From the IMG/VR virus record IMGVR_UViG_3300035493_000011, positions 1-24,461 of that record: a DNA stretch of 24,461 nt. The stretch is one strand, 5' to 3'. Below the pieces are notes generated by a model. The model ran no database searches and was not told the origin of the DNA. It worked only from the letters and a program-made list of their open reading frames with translations. The position numbers and the translations under genes were made by a program. Origin of the DNA: a virus (lineage: Duplodnaviria > Caudoviricetes). Below are positions 1 through 9,799 of the stretch, piece by piece. Position 1 is the stretch's first letter. The number at the start of each line of letters is the position of its first letter.

Positions 1-495
1 CAGGCTGATAGTGCGAGCGGTCTGTAGTTTAGTGGCGGACACCGCGTTGGCATTCGCGTTGAGTTTCAAATTCAACGCCGCCTGTTGTGCGGTTGATACC
101 GGCTTATCCAAGTCGCTGGTGTTATCGGCATTACCTAACCCAACCTGCGCCTTAGTGACGTTGTGCGGGTTTGCCATATCCGCCTTATGCGCTTCGGTAT
201 TATCCCATACACCCGCGATGCCACCTGCGGTCATACGCATCTCGATGGGCGTTGCGGCCGACCAATTCTGCGCGGTAGTCCCCTCTTGTGCGCGAACTAC
301 CGTTAGGTTATTGCCACTCACCCCGGTGACTTTCACAATCTCAACTGCGCCAGACGCGCGGTTCAATAAGGTCATCACATAGAACTCGTCAACCGCTAGT
401 GCGGCAGGCGGAGTATCGACGGTGATTGTGGTATACCCGGCGAAGATGGAAAACGACAGGCGAGAGGAGTAGTTGTTTAGGAACTTTTGTTTCAT
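1..495 (-). CDS. Tail fibre protein, N-terminal 165 aa (runs off the left edge)
   Basis: Not in the ORF track; translated by hand from ATG at 495, which overlaps the upstream TGA (ATGA). MKQKFLNNYSS...EIVKVTGVSGNNLTVVRAQEGT...NPHNVTKAQVGLGNADNTSDLDKPVSTAQQAAL...ATKLQTARTISL are common phage fibre anchor/shaft motifs. Frame is open to position 1. Confidence 0.85.
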   Translation of the reverse strand, partial: MKQKFLNNYSSRLSFSIFAGYTTITVDTPPAALAVDEFYVMTLLNRASGAVEIVKVTGVSGNNLTVVRAQEGTTAQNWSAATPIEMRMTAGGIAGVWDNTEAHKADMANPHNVTKAQVGLGNADNTSDLDKPVSTAQQAALNLKLNANANAVSATKLQTARTISL

Positions 496-767
496 TGTTC
501 AGTCACCACGATAAGGAAATTTACTTCTTTTGTACGGCCGCCCTTAGTATTGGCCAGTACCTTAAACGGATATGTATTGCCGGACGTACCGCCGCCGACC
601 CAAACCTTCACTCGGTCGTTGAATAGTTCTTTACCTTGGAACACGATGTCGGAATTGGCGTCGTAGACAACCGTAGCTGAATCCACTTCGTCCCCGGTGG
701 GGAGCCAGTCAGCTAATACAATGTCATAATCCAGTACGTCCTCGTCGGACTTCTTAAAAACTTTCAC
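492..767 (-). CDS. Small virion structural protein, probable fibre adaptor (91 aa)
   Basis: GTG start with GGAGG RBS. KxxEDVLDYDIVLADWL...VKVWVGGGTSGNTY resembles small beta-rich proteins commonly found beside fibre genes. Coupled to both neighbours. Confidence 0.7.
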   Translation of the reverse strand: MKVFKKSDEDVLDYDIVLADWLPTGDEVDSATVVYDANSDIVFQGKELFNDRVKVWVGGGTSGNTYPFKVLANTKGGRTKEVNFLIVVTEQ

Positions 768-2363
768 TTAGACCTCCAATGTTCTATCTTGTGCGTCGAC
801 CGACAGCAATCTATCTACGGCAAATACTGTGATAGTGCGGGTAGTAGGCGCTGACTTACTTGATGCGCGCAGGTAAGTTTCCCAGTACAACTCGGCAACC
901 ATAGTTGCTGTAGCGAACTGGGTGCGCTTCGCGCGAGATGTCAGAACTACTTCTGCTTTCATGTCGGTGCTGAACGGACGTACAGCGTACGCACTGCTAG
1001 TTGCCTGTGCCTCCCCGAACAAGTCGGATGCTACTTCGGCCTTACGCACGCCGTTGAATACTGCTTCACCCAATGTAACTACAGATTGCGAGCCTGCCTT
1101 CACCCAGCGTACCCATACAGCATCTACCGTGGCGGTAGCGTACATATCCGTCGTAGGTCTAGCCACCTTGTATGCAGTTACACGTCCGCCGGCCGATTGT
1201 AGTAGGCCGTAGCCATCGACCAAGGTTGACGCATTACGGCTACGCAACCCAAGCGCAGTAACCTCCGCCTCGCCAGACAGTAGACTCCCGGCATCCACTA
1301 AACGCACTGGGTCTGTTACGACCAGACCCTCGCCTGCAATATCAGTACCCGCTTTGGCGAATCGAATCGCGCTAGTAGACGCCGACAATTCCGCGTACAT
1401 ATCGCAGAAGGCCGCGCGTGCCGGTACGAGATATGGCATGAAGTCAGCCGTGACATACATCACAGACTTAGCGGCCTTGCGGTTGAACGCGTCGGCGGAT
1501 AATTCAACAGCGGTATCGACAAGCTGTACGTTAGAGATTGCATACCGAACTGGCGCAGTAACCAATTCCGCGGTTGCCTCTTGGACTGCATAGGCACTGC
1601 GGTATGTAACTCCGGCGTGTGTATAAGACGCGAACGCTAATACGTCGGCATCGGCAGTGATTGCGCTTAGTCCAGCCGCATAACGTGTGGCATCGGCGGT
1701 TATATCTACGTCACCGACCGTACCGGTAGCTAGACCTGCGCGGCGGACGAATGCCCCGGCAGTGAACTCCCCTTCCACCGCCAGCGTAGAGAATCCCATC
1801 TTGTCGTTGGCGTAGTTCCGTACCGAGGCTATACCATTGAAATAGCTTTTCGCCCGTACGAAATTGACACGGAACGTATTGATACGCGCCATGTCAGTGG
1901 TAAGTTCCGCGCGTCCGAATATGGTGCGTGGGTAGGCGTATGGTAGGCGCTCACCCAGCGCAGTAAGTTGTGCCTCGCCGAATGAATCGGCGGCGAGTGC
2001 AGATATGATTTGGACGCCAGTGGCCGTGACAGTTGCCTCACCATACAGTGAGGATGTCGGGTATGCCGTCAGTGTGGCCGAAGCTGTAGAGTCGGCAAGC
2101 GATACTACCGCCGTCTGCGGATGTGCAAAGCGTAGTGGCGTATCGGTTAAGTAGGCATCGCCATATAGCGACGCCAAAGAATTCGCGTAGCGCAGTGCGT
2201 CGGCCGATGCTTGGGCTTCCCCTGCGATAGAAGAAGTTGGCTTGGCTAGACGCAGTGCGCTGTTGGTAACGGACGCCTCTGCCGTCACCGAAGTGGCGAC
2301 ATACAGGGCTACCCCGGCGAAGACGCCGTGGAGGATTGCGCTGTTAAAGACGTCCCTATTCAT
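768..2363 (-). CDS. Ala-rich repetitive fibre-like structural protein (531 aa)
   Basis: GAGG RBS; ~20-aa periodic repeat (R-x-A...S-L-x-G-E-A-x-V-T-A); lies in the fibre module. Confidence 0.7.
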   Translation of the reverse strand: MNRDVFNSAILHGVFAGVALYVATSVTAEASVTNSALRLAKPTSSIAGEAQASADALRYANSLASLYGDAYLTDTPLRFAHPQTAVVSLADSTASATLTAYPTSSLYGEATVTATGVQIISALAADSFGEAQLTALGERLPYAYPRTIFGRAELTTDMARINTFRVNFVRAKSYFNGIASVRNYANDKMGFSTLAVEGEFTAGAFVRRAGLATGTVGDVDITADATRYAAGLSAITADADVLAFASYTHAGVTYRSAYAVQEATAELVTAPVRYAISNVQLVDTAVELSADAFNRKAAKSVMYVTADFMPYLVPARAAFCDMYAELSASTSAIRFAKAGTDIAGEGLVVTDPVRLVDAGSLLSGEAEVTALGLRSRNASTLVDGYGLLQSAGGRVTAYKVARPTTDMYATATVDAVWVRWVKAGSQSVVTLGEAVFNGVRKAEVASDLFGEAQATSSAYAVRPFSTDMKAEVVLTSRAKRTQFATATMVAELYWETYLRASSKSAPTTRTITVFAVDRLLSVDAQDRTLEV

Positions 2364-2375
2364 AGGCTACCTCGA

Positions 2376-2786
2376 TTAGCGGATAGCGATGTTGATTGCG
2401 CCGATGTCGTAAGACAATACGTCGCCAATCTCCAAAGTCTTGGTGCTAGTCAACGCGTTATGGAACAGCAAGTTGCCGCCAGTAGCCGCGTCGAATAGAC
2501 CGACGTGAGTGATAGTCACTGTGCCGTCTGCGATTGGAGGGAACTGTAGTAGCTTCGCGTTAGATGTCTGACCGTTAGACGGTGCAGTCCATCCAGTGGA
2601 AACTGCGTCACCCAAGGCAGCGTCGACACGAGCGTAGTTCGAGTCCGCCAACTCTAGGCCGGTGTTGGCGTCGGTTGGGTCAGACGTGAACAGTGCCACG
2701 TAGATAGTTGAAGGTGCGACAAGTGATTGACCACGCAGAATGGCGTTGACAATCTTATCTTCCATATAGTCACTAAAATGTGCCAT
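2376..2786 (-). CDS. Conserved phage structural protein of the fibre module (136 aa)
   Basis: AGGAG RBS. FSDYMEDKIVNAILRG...IYVALFTSDPTDA...YARV...ITHVGLFDAATGGNLLF is a widespread phage virion protein pattern. Confidence 0.8.
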   Translation of the reverse strand: MAHFSDYMEDKIVNAILRGQSLVAPSTIYVALFTSDPTDANTGLELADSNYARVDAALGDAVSTGWTAPSNGQTSNAKLLQFPPIADGTVTITHVGLFDAATGGNLLFHNALTSTKTLEIGDVLSYDIGAINIAIR

Positions 2787-2811
2787 AGTTCTTAATCTCC
2801 TAGATTAAAGT

Positions 2812-3423
2812 TTAAGATTGAGCCACTGGAGTGGCGCCTTGCACACCCAGCGAAGAAAGGAAAGTTTGGTAGGCCGAAGCCGACCGTTGGTCATTGGCCG
2901 CGTAGTCAGCGTCTTTCTGGTACGCACGATATAAGATGTAGTCAAGAATGGCCGGGGCGTATCTATCGTCCAACTTAATCGTTCCAATGTTCGTTGTATG
3001 TGGAGTAGGCACCGAGGAGAACACCACCTCGATAGATGCTCCAGCAGATGGCGGATACACATAGAAGACTTTCGGGTCTGCATCCACCACATAATGTTCA
3101 ATAGTCGCGCTTGGCGTAGCGGCGTGCCAATCTGGTATCTGGTCGTCCAGAATATCGCGCGCCACTTTGCGTACCGCCCGTCCGTTTAAATTACGAATGA
3201 CGGACAGGAACGCAGTCCCCTCGGTAGGGATATACTGCTTAGACCCGTCGACTAGCGTTAGCGTCGAGGTCTTAGCATTGGCATCCGGGCGAACCAGTAC
3301 GATTTGTTGGTAGGCTTCGTTCAGCCAGTTCAACAATTCAGCCTCCGACCAGCGGATGTTGGTTCTATCCTGAATGACAGTCGAGGCTTTCTCGATTAAA
3401 CTTTGTACGGTCGTAACTGCCAT
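2812..3423 (-). CDS. Head-tail adaptor / neck-type protein (203 aa)
   Basis: RWSEAELLNWLNEAYQQIVLVRPDA...FYVYPP...AILDYILYRAYQKDADYA is typical of podovirus adaptor-like proteins; AGGA RBS. Confidence 0.75.
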   Translation of the reverse strand: MAVTTVQSLIEKASTVIQDRTNIRWSEAELLNWLNEAYQQIVLVRPDANAKTSTLTLVDGSKQYIPTEGTAFLSVIRNLNGRAVRKVARDILDDQIPDWHAATPSATIEHYVVDADPKVFYVYPPSAGASIEVVFSSVPTPHTTNIGTIKLDDRYAPAILDYILYRAYQKDADYAANDQRSASAYQTFLSSLGVQGATPVAQS

Positions 3424-3425
3424 AA

Positions 3426-3438
3426 TTAGTCCTACTAA
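3426..3438. promoter_or_regulatory. Palindromic operator-like site (TTAGTCCTACTAA) over the RBS of the 203-aa gene
   Basis: One mismatch to TTAGTC-N-GACTAA. The minus strand reads AATTAGTAGGACTAATT-ATG. Confidence 0.7.
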
Positions 3439-3486
3439 TTTTTTACTTGTATTTTACACGAAAATACTGTATTGAAAAGCATTATC

Positions 3487-3499
3487 TTAGCCCGACTAA
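3487..3499. promoter_or_regulatory. Palindromic operator-like site (TTAGCCCGACTAA)
   Basis: Immediately after the stop of the 2085-aa gene and upstream of a possible -10 TAAAAT (minus, 3451-3456). Confidence 0.7.
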
Positions 3500-6400
3500 T
3501 TACATAGTCGGAGCCTGTCCATTCTCGATAGCGATGCGTCGTTCTACTGTTCGTTTGCCATGTGCATCGGCCATCTTGTTCGCCCCGAAGTAAACGCCGG
3601 CGGCGAGTAGCGCGTTATCGACATAGCCCTTCGGATTATCTGCGATACTCATTGCCATAGACATGGAAGGAATCCAGTTCTCCATCGCTAAGAATCCACC
3701 CGGGCGTTCCAGCATACCGATGTATGGTGACAGTGCTGTGGCCGATTGCAGTGTAGTGCTCGCCAATGTGCCTGCCATATCCACGCCGGTCATGTTGAAT
3801 AGATAGTGCGGAGGTGTTTGCGTACCCATCAACGCCGCCGGTAGGCCGTAAGCGATGGCGTGCTTGACGCCGAGTCCTAGCATACCCGTCGACATACCGA
3901 TAGTCAGTAGCCACGTCGCTTGTGATGCGGCGTCTTTATAGTTACCGTCTTTCAGGTTGTCCGTGATGCGTGGTAGGAAGTGACGGCCCGCCGCGTAGAA
4001 GAATCGCTTGAACTGCATCGCCAATTTACCAAGTGGTGTATCTGCCCAGAACGGTAAATCGCCCGGGTTAGCGTGGAGCACCCGGCTCTTTTGCCATTCG
4101 TACATGAACTTGGTGATGGCTTCTGCGGCTTGCGCGTGCTCGGCAGAATCCAACTGGCTAGGCTTGCCGGCGTCGACCCATGCTTTGTACTGCTCGGGGC
4201 TAATGCCCATCTCTTTGAACGCACGCCCATACTCGGCACGAGTAGCGTCACTCATACCGTCTTTGGTCATCGCTTCATAGGCCGCTTCCAGATACAACTC
4301 TGCGCCGCGAAGTGCGGTCATGCGCATGAAGTTGTTCCACATATGCAGACCCGCCCCTCGGTAGAAGCGCGAAGTAATTTCGTTGGCCCAACCTTCCACG
4401 CCTTGGGTGGCGCGTGCATCACTGAATAGTTGCAGGGCGAAATCCATCATGGAGTCTGTCAACAAGCCCAGCTTCTCCAGTTCCATCTTCTTGCGCTCAC
4501 GTTCCATCTTATTGATTTGTCCGAGCGACAATGCAACGCCCAGTGCTTCGCGCAGGGCTTTAGCTGATGCCTTGCGTTCTTCTGGGGTTTTTGCCGCCGC
4601 CATTTGGAACGCTGATTCCGTCAAGGACACGGGCACAATCAAAGCCATGAACGCGACAGTAGCGACCATACGTGCCACCGCCGCTGGGCCGCGAAGCCAC
4701 TGGGCCGAGCGCACTGCTGGTAGGCCCATGACCGCGTCGATAGCGCGAAGTGCTACCTGCTTCTGGTCTGCGCTCAAACGCCTATCATTCAAGAAGTCCG
4801 CCAAGTCGTTACCGTTAGAGGTAAGTATCGGCTTGCCTTCGTTATCAATTTTGAATGCTCCGAACTCTTTCACGAACTCGGTGTGTTGTACCGTGCGGTT
4901 CAAATATGGAGGGATTACTTTGGATGGGTCGCGTACGATATAGTCGCCGAATACCCAGTTGGGTAATTCGATAGAGCGGCGGCGCATATTCCCGGACTCA
5001 TTCACCCCGATAGTCTGCACCAATGAGCCGACCTGTTGAAACAACTGCCCGTCTTTCGCCATCAACAAATCATACAGCGCATATGCGTCACTCTCACTTA
5101 CGCCATCCACGAACGTGGAAGTGTTCTCCACCACTGTACGGACAAACCCCTCGCGGTCGTCTGCCATTTTTGAGAAGTCGAATATGCGTGGGGCGTGGCG
5201 CTTACGTTCTGAACTTAGAACCATGCTACCCTGACCCATAGGCACTTCGACGATTCGTCCATTGCGGTAGATGATGTTACCCTGCTCGCCCTCTTTAGGT
5301 TCACGCAACACTGGTGATGCCGCGTTGGTTTCCATCTCTTGCAGTTTCACTTCTAGGGTAGAAGTCAACTCCTCGTCGTTGGTGGCACGCGCGGCGCGCA
5401 GTTGCTCAACCAATGCTTTGTGCTCCGGCTTGGCGCGTGCCGCCTCAATCAAACGATTGGCTTCCGCTAAACCGGCTGCCTTGATGTGGACATCATAGAA
5501 CTCTTTATGTATTTTGCGGATGCGTTGTAGTTCCGTGCGCTGTGCATCAGTCAGCTTGTAATAGTCATCGGGGCGTTCCGAAATGAATGCATCCCAAGCC
5601 GCCTGTCTATCCTCTTTAGATAACGTGCTAAAGGTGGAGAAATAGCGCGAGCGGAATAGGTCAACACTACGCTTTACGTTATCCTCATACTTGGTTAGTC
5701 GGCGGCTTATAGGCCCGTTCGACATACCCAAAGCGGCTTCGATAGACTCGATGGTGCCGATTGCAGAGCGTACGAATGACGAGAACTGCAACGGGTACTT
5801 ATCGCCGAGTGTACGGTTCACTGCCTCGAACGCACGTGCAATCTTGGTCTTCTGCCCTACACCTACTGGGGTAGGCTCTGCGGTGGCCCTGCGGAATAAG
5901 AACCCGGCGTAGTCGGCTGGGTTGGTGCGAAGCTGTGCCCCGCTCTTAACTCCCTTGGCTATGTCCTCCACGATAGTGCGAAGTTCCGCTTTCGACTTGA
6001 TGCCTTTGATTAAACCGAAGCGGCGTAACACTTCGGACACCATGCGTACCACGCGGTCGAAGGCCTGACCCAATGCGCCACGTGATTCTTCGGCTACCAT
6101 TGCGAACACTTCCTCGGCACGTGTCGCCTCGTCTACGTTATTGTATCGGCGGTCAACGCTCTCCCAAACTTTCTTGAAGCCGGGTGCGTTGCGGGTTTTT
6201 GCGATAGCGTTTAGTAGAGCGGTCTTCTGCTCCGGCGAAAGAATGTTAAGGCCGAAGTGAGCATAGACTTCATGGCGGAAAGTACGCTCGGCTTCTTTTC
6301 TATTGCGGTTGTTCGCCGCGAATAGGATAAGGGTGTTCGTTGTCGGATTATATGCACCGAAGGACGTAGTCGCTTCTGGGCTACGGACAAGTGCGTCCGG

Positions 6401-9400
6401 GCCAAACGCCTGTTCAGGGGTGTCAAAAATAAGAACTTGGGCCTTATTAGTTTCCAGTCCGGTGTGGGCATCTTTCATACTCTGCAAGAAGGAACGAGCC
6501 TCGGATAATGACATATCCGATTTCTGTTGTCCATCCGCCTTACGGAAATCAAAGTCGTCCGGGTTGTATCCATCACGTTCGCTGGCCGTTGCTTCTGCCA
6601 CATCACGTTCTAGGTTTGCGTCTAGTTTCTTTTTGGCTCTGGCTTTATCGGCTACCTTTTGAGTTTTGGTGCTATCCGATGCCGTGCCTAATGCTTCCGG
6701 GAAAGTCGCTTCGATTTCATCCTTGACAGTCTTCAAGTCGTTAGGTACTTCATACCCACCGAAACCATCAGAGAAATGTTCGCGGATTGTAGCCGCATCC
6801 TTCGCATTGATACCCAACTCTTTGACGGCTTGGTTCACCATCGCTACCGCTTCTTCATCATATAGGGTAGCTTGCTTCGCCTGCTGGGTAGGTTCGGCTT
6901 TAGGTGGTTGTACCTGCTGGGTAGGTTCGGCTTTCGCCTGCACCTGCTGGGCAGGTTCGGCTTTAGTTGGTCGCGCCAATCTGCTCTGGGCTTCATCGAC
7001 TGCCGCTTGTGCGATATTGCGTGGGGACAACACTTGGCCAATATCAGTTAAATATTTATTGGCTGATTCGGCCACATCCGCTGGTACACGCTTCAAGGAA
7101 TCTAAGTAAGCCGCATAGTTTCTGTCTGTACCGAACCAAGTGCTTGACCTTGATGAATAGAATAGCTTCCCAATCGCGTTGCTTACATCATCAGCCGTCA
7201 CCTCGACCTGCACTCCTGCGTTCGCCAATCTCTCATTCAGGGCTTTGGCATAGGCATCGGCCTTACGCTGGATTCCCAACGCGAAGGAATGTACGTTGGC
7301 CGCGGTGGCGCGCGCCGCGTCTAGTTTCGCTTTATTGGTTGGGCCGACTGGTTTTGTAGCCTCGAACGAATCGAACGTCACCTGACTGGCCGGTTTTGCT
7401 ACTGGCTTGGTTGCCTGTGCTGGTGCCACTTCTTCTTTCGGCGTTGGCGCTTTTGCGGGTTCTTGTTGCGTCGCGGCATTGGCTACCTCCTGTACAGGTG
7501 AAGTAGGATTAAGTTTGCCCAGTTGTTCACGCAGTTGGTCGACCTCCATCTGTAGCATACCGATGTCGTCCTGTACCTTCTGGCCAGACGTACGAGCAAT
7601 GGCTTTGTTCTTAGCCTGCGCAACTAGGTTAGAAATCGTCTTGGACTGGATACCCTTGGCATTGACCAATGCGTTCTCGATGATGGGGTCTGCCTTATCT
7701 ACTGGGGTGCCTACCAGTTGGTCTACCAACTGACGCACCAATGGGGAGCGGCTTGGCGTCCCCAAATCTGCTTCGGTGAATACTGGGTTGCCGACTGTCG
7801 CCTTGAGTTGTTCTAACTCGGCTGTCTTCTTCTGCAACTCGGCCTGCTTAACTGCCGCGAGTGTCTGGGTCAGTTTAGCCAATGCACTGTCACGACGAGC
7901 GCCGCGTTTCTCTTGGCGTAGGCGCTGGGCTTCGGCTTCCTGTTGAGCGGCTTGCTCCTCCGCAATAGAGCGTTGACGATTGGCCGTAGCGGTGTCCATA
8001 GCCACCAACGATTCAGTAGCGGCATCCTCGACTCTCTGCTTACGCTCACGCAAGGCTTGGAATACATTGGTCAATGACCGTACCGCGTCTTTCTTATCGG
8101 CGGCGGCTTGCACCATCTCCCGTGCGGCGGCAGATGATTCGCGTCCAGATGCCATCTGTTCTGCCAGTCCGGGGTTAGCGTCTTCGTAAATCTGCCCGGC
8201 TGTACGTCCGGCCATATCGAATAGTTGCATCTGCGGGGCGGCGGTATCTGTAGTAGCAGGTTGCGGTGTTTGTTCGGGTAGCAATGAACCTCGCCCTCCA
8301 AACAAATCGTAATTCTCTCCGCGTGGCACTGCGTCGAACGGAGGTCTACCCGGTTGTGGCGGTACAGCAATCGCTTCGCCAGTAGCTTCTGGCGCGCTCG
8401 TCAAATCGCGGAGCATACCCAATACATTGACGCGTTGACGCCCTACGCGGCTCGCCTCGGCGTTGTAGGCCAATGCTGTGTTTTTCAATTCCGCCATCAA
8501 CCGGTCGAACTGCGCGCGATTCTCTGGCGTGGGCTTACTAACCATGTCGTCCTTAAGGATACGCGCACGCGAAGCTAGGGTCGTCAACTCGGATTGGAGG
8601 TTGTCCGCTGTGTTGTAGACATTCGGGTTGACGCCAATGCGAGGTACAACATTCGCCGTAGGTTGTCCGTTAGCATCGAACAAATCAAGCTGGATGCCAT
8701 TCTGTTGCACCTCCGGTAACGGCTGTGTAAGGTTGCGTGATGCCGCGTATTCTGCAATCTGTTGCTCGCGCATTGCATCTGCCGCGCCGGGTAGAAGTTG
8801 ACCAGCCCCGTCGAACATCTCGATGTTGGTTCCTTTCGGCGCGTCCCGCATACCGGTGTTGTCGGGTTGTTCCGCAACTTGTGGCGGCGCTTGCGTCTGC
8901 CCTCTAGCAAGTCCTGCTACTGCGGCTACTGGTGCGGCGCCAATCATCTCCTGCCACGCATCTTGCGCAATCATGTCCTGCCCGTAAGGGGACAACAGTT
9001 CGTAGTCGCGGTTTCCTTGGTCAACTGCGGCTCGGTTGATAACCCCCTGCGCGGCGCCAGTAGCCGCCTCACCCGCCAAGATTCCGCCTGTACGCGTCGC
9101 ATAGTTATCCGGTAGAGAGAATGGCGACCCATGACCCGCCGGTACATTATCGACTTTACCTGCCAAACGACCGGCCACGCCTGTATACGGAACCATATCC
9201 AGCGCGGTGTTCAGCATAGATGGGGCTACTGCGTTACGGATTGAATCCGCGTCAGACATACCATGCGATTGCTGGACATTGACGGATTCACCGAACGCAT
9301 ATGGATAATTGGCGATGGCGCCTGCCGCCAAGCCACCGACCGCTTTGGCGGTACTGCTAAGTCCTATCGAGCCAAGCGTAGCCCCTGCACCGATACCGGG

Positions 9401-9757
9401 GATAAGGGCTGTACCCAACTGCCCGACACCTTGGCCCATGATGTATGGGATAGAGTCGCTTGCCAGTCGTCCAGCCTGTTCGGTATTGAACTTCGCTTCG
9501 GCAACATTACGACGGAACCCGGCTTCATCATCCACCATCAGGCTTAGTCCGGCTTTCAAGTAATCCAACCCCGCGCCGAACTGGTCGGCCACCGATGCTA
9601 GACCGGAACCGAATGAGCCTATATGCCCCGGGTCTACTGCGGTACTACCCGCCTGTTGTGCAATCTGTTGGTTCTGTCGCGCTTGCGCTTGCGCCTGTTC
9701 ATCGGCGGCGCGTTGCTGGGCGAGTTGATTCAAATAGTCTAGTGGCGAAACTGGCAT
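3500..9757 (-). CDS. Very large internal virion / ejection protein (2085 aa) with a zincin-like metallopeptidase motif
   Basis: Last gene of the ejection cluster; helical and low-complexity segments. GAYNPTTNTLILF...RHEVYAHFGL...AEEVFA resembles the HExxxH peptidase-like domain of phage large polyvalent proteins. Confidence 0.75.
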   Translation of the reverse strand: MPVSPLDYLNQLAQQRAADEQAQAQARQNQQIAQQAGSTAVDPGHIGSFGSGLASVADQFGAGLDYLKAGLSLMVDDEAGFRRNVAEAKFNTEQAGRLASDSIPYIMGQGVGQLGTALIPGIGAGATLGSIGLSSTAKAVGGLAAGAIANYPYAFGESVNVQQSHGMSDADSIRNAVAPSMLNTALDMVPYTGVAGRLAGKVDNVPAGHGSPFSLPDNYATRTGGILAGEAATGAAQGVINRAAVDQGNRDYELLSPYGQDMIAQDAWQEMIGAAPVAAVAGLARGQTQAPPQVAEQPDNTGMRDAPKGTNIEMFDGAGQLLPGAADAMREQQIAEYAASRNLTQPLPEVQQNGIQLDLFDANGQPTANVVPRIGVNPNVYNTADNLQSELTTLASRARILKDDMVSKPTPENRAQFDRLMAELKNTALAYNAEASRVGRQRVNVLGMLRDLTSAPEATGEAIAVPPQPGRPPFDAVPRGENYDLFGGRGSLLPEQTPQPATTDTAAPQMQLFDMAGRTAGQIYEDANPGLAEQMASGRESSAAAREMVQAAADKKDAVRSLTNVFQALRERKQRVEDAATESLVAMDTATANRQRSIAEEQAAQQEAEAQRLRQEKRGARRDSALAKLTQTLAAVKQAELQKKTAELEQLKATVGNPVFTEADLGTPSRSPLVRQLVDQLVGTPVDKADPIIENALVNAKGIQSKTISNLVAQAKNKAIARTSGQKVQDDIGMLQMEVDQLREQLGKLNPTSPVQEVANAATQQEPAKAPTPKEEVAPAQATKPVAKPASQVTFDSFEATKPVGPTNKAKLDAARATAANVHSFALGIQRKADAYAKALNERLANAGVQVEVTADDVSNAIGKLFYSSRSSTWFGTDRNYAAYLDSLKRVPADVAESANKYLTDIGQVLSPRNIAQAAVDEAQSRLARPTKAEPAQQVQAKAEPTQQVQPPKAEPTQQAKQATLYDEEAVAMVNQAVKELGINAKDAATIREHFSDGFGGYEVPNDLKTVKDEIEATFPEALGTASDSTKTQKVADKARAKKKLDANLERDVAEATASERDGYNPDDFDFRKADGQQKSDMSLSEARSFLQSMKDAHTGLETNKAQVLIFDTPEQAFGPDALVRSPEATTSFGAYNPTTNTLILFAANNRNRKEAERTFRHEVYAHFGLNILSPEQKTALLNAIAKTRNAPGFKKVWESVDRRYNNVDEATRAEEVFAMVAEESRGALGQAFDRVVRMVSEVLRRFGLIKGIKSKAELRTIVEDIAKGVKSGAQLRTNPADYAGFLFRRATAEPTPVGVGQKTKIARAFEAVNRTLGDKYPLQFSSFVRSAIGTIESIEAALGMSNGPISRRLTKYEDNVKRSVDLFRSRYFSTFSTLSKEDRQAAWDAFISERPDDYYKLTDAQRTELQRIRKIHKEFYDVHIKAAGLAEANRLIEAARAKPEHKALVEQLRAARATNDEELTSTLEVKLQEMETNAASPVLREPKEGEQGNIIYRNGRIVEVPMGQGSMVLSSERKRHAPRIFDFSKMADDREGFVRTVVENTSTFVDGVSESDAYALYDLLMAKDGQLFQQVGSLVQTIGVNESGNMRRRSIELPNWVFGDYIVRDPSKVIPPYLNRTVQHTEFVKEFGAFKIDNEGKPILTSNGNDLADFLNDRRLSADQKQVALRAIDAVMGLPAVRSAQWLRGPAAVARMVATVAFMALIVPVSLTESAFQMAAAKTPEERKASAKALREALGVALSLGQINKMERERKKMELEKLGLLTDSMMDFALQLFSDARATQGVEGWANEITSRFYRGAGLHMWNNFMRMTALRGAELYLEAAYEAMTKDGMSDATRAEYGRAFKEMGISPEQYKAWVDAGKPSQLDSAEHAQAAEAITKFMYEWQKSRVLHANPGDLPFWADTPLGKLAMQFKRFFYAAGRHFLPRITDNLKDGNYKDAASQATWLLTIGMSTGMLGLGVKHAIAYGLPAALMGTQTPPHYLFNMTGVDMAGTLASTTLQSATALSPYIGMLERPGGFLAMENWIPSMSMAMSIADNPKGYVDNALLAAGVYFGANKMADAHGKRTVERRIAIENGQAPTM
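6880..6964. repeat. Three near-tandem 22-bp repeats encoding KAEP(T/A)QQ in a linker of the giant protein
   Basis: CCTGCTGGG(T/C)AGGTTCGGCTTT at 6880, 6913 and 6943. Confidence 0.9.
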
Positions 9758-9778
9758 AGCGCACCCTTACAATAATGA

Positions 9779-9799
9779 TTAGTCGGGCTAATTATAACA
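9779..9799 (-). promoter_or_regulatory. Extended -10 promoter (TGTTATAAT) with the palindrome over the predicted +1
   Basis: Minus strand TG-T-TATAAT (9799-9791) runs directly into TTAGCCCGACTAA (9791-9779), upstream of the 2085-aa gene. Confidence 0.7.

Noticed and set aside
9544-9556. Additional operator copy TTAGTCCGGCTTT
   Set aside because: Three mismatches to consensus and intragenic; could be chance.
3500-9757. N4-like virion RNA polymerase or DarB-like methylase/helicase
   Set aside because: I found no polymerase, methyltransferase or helicase motifs, and the late genes have host-type promoters.
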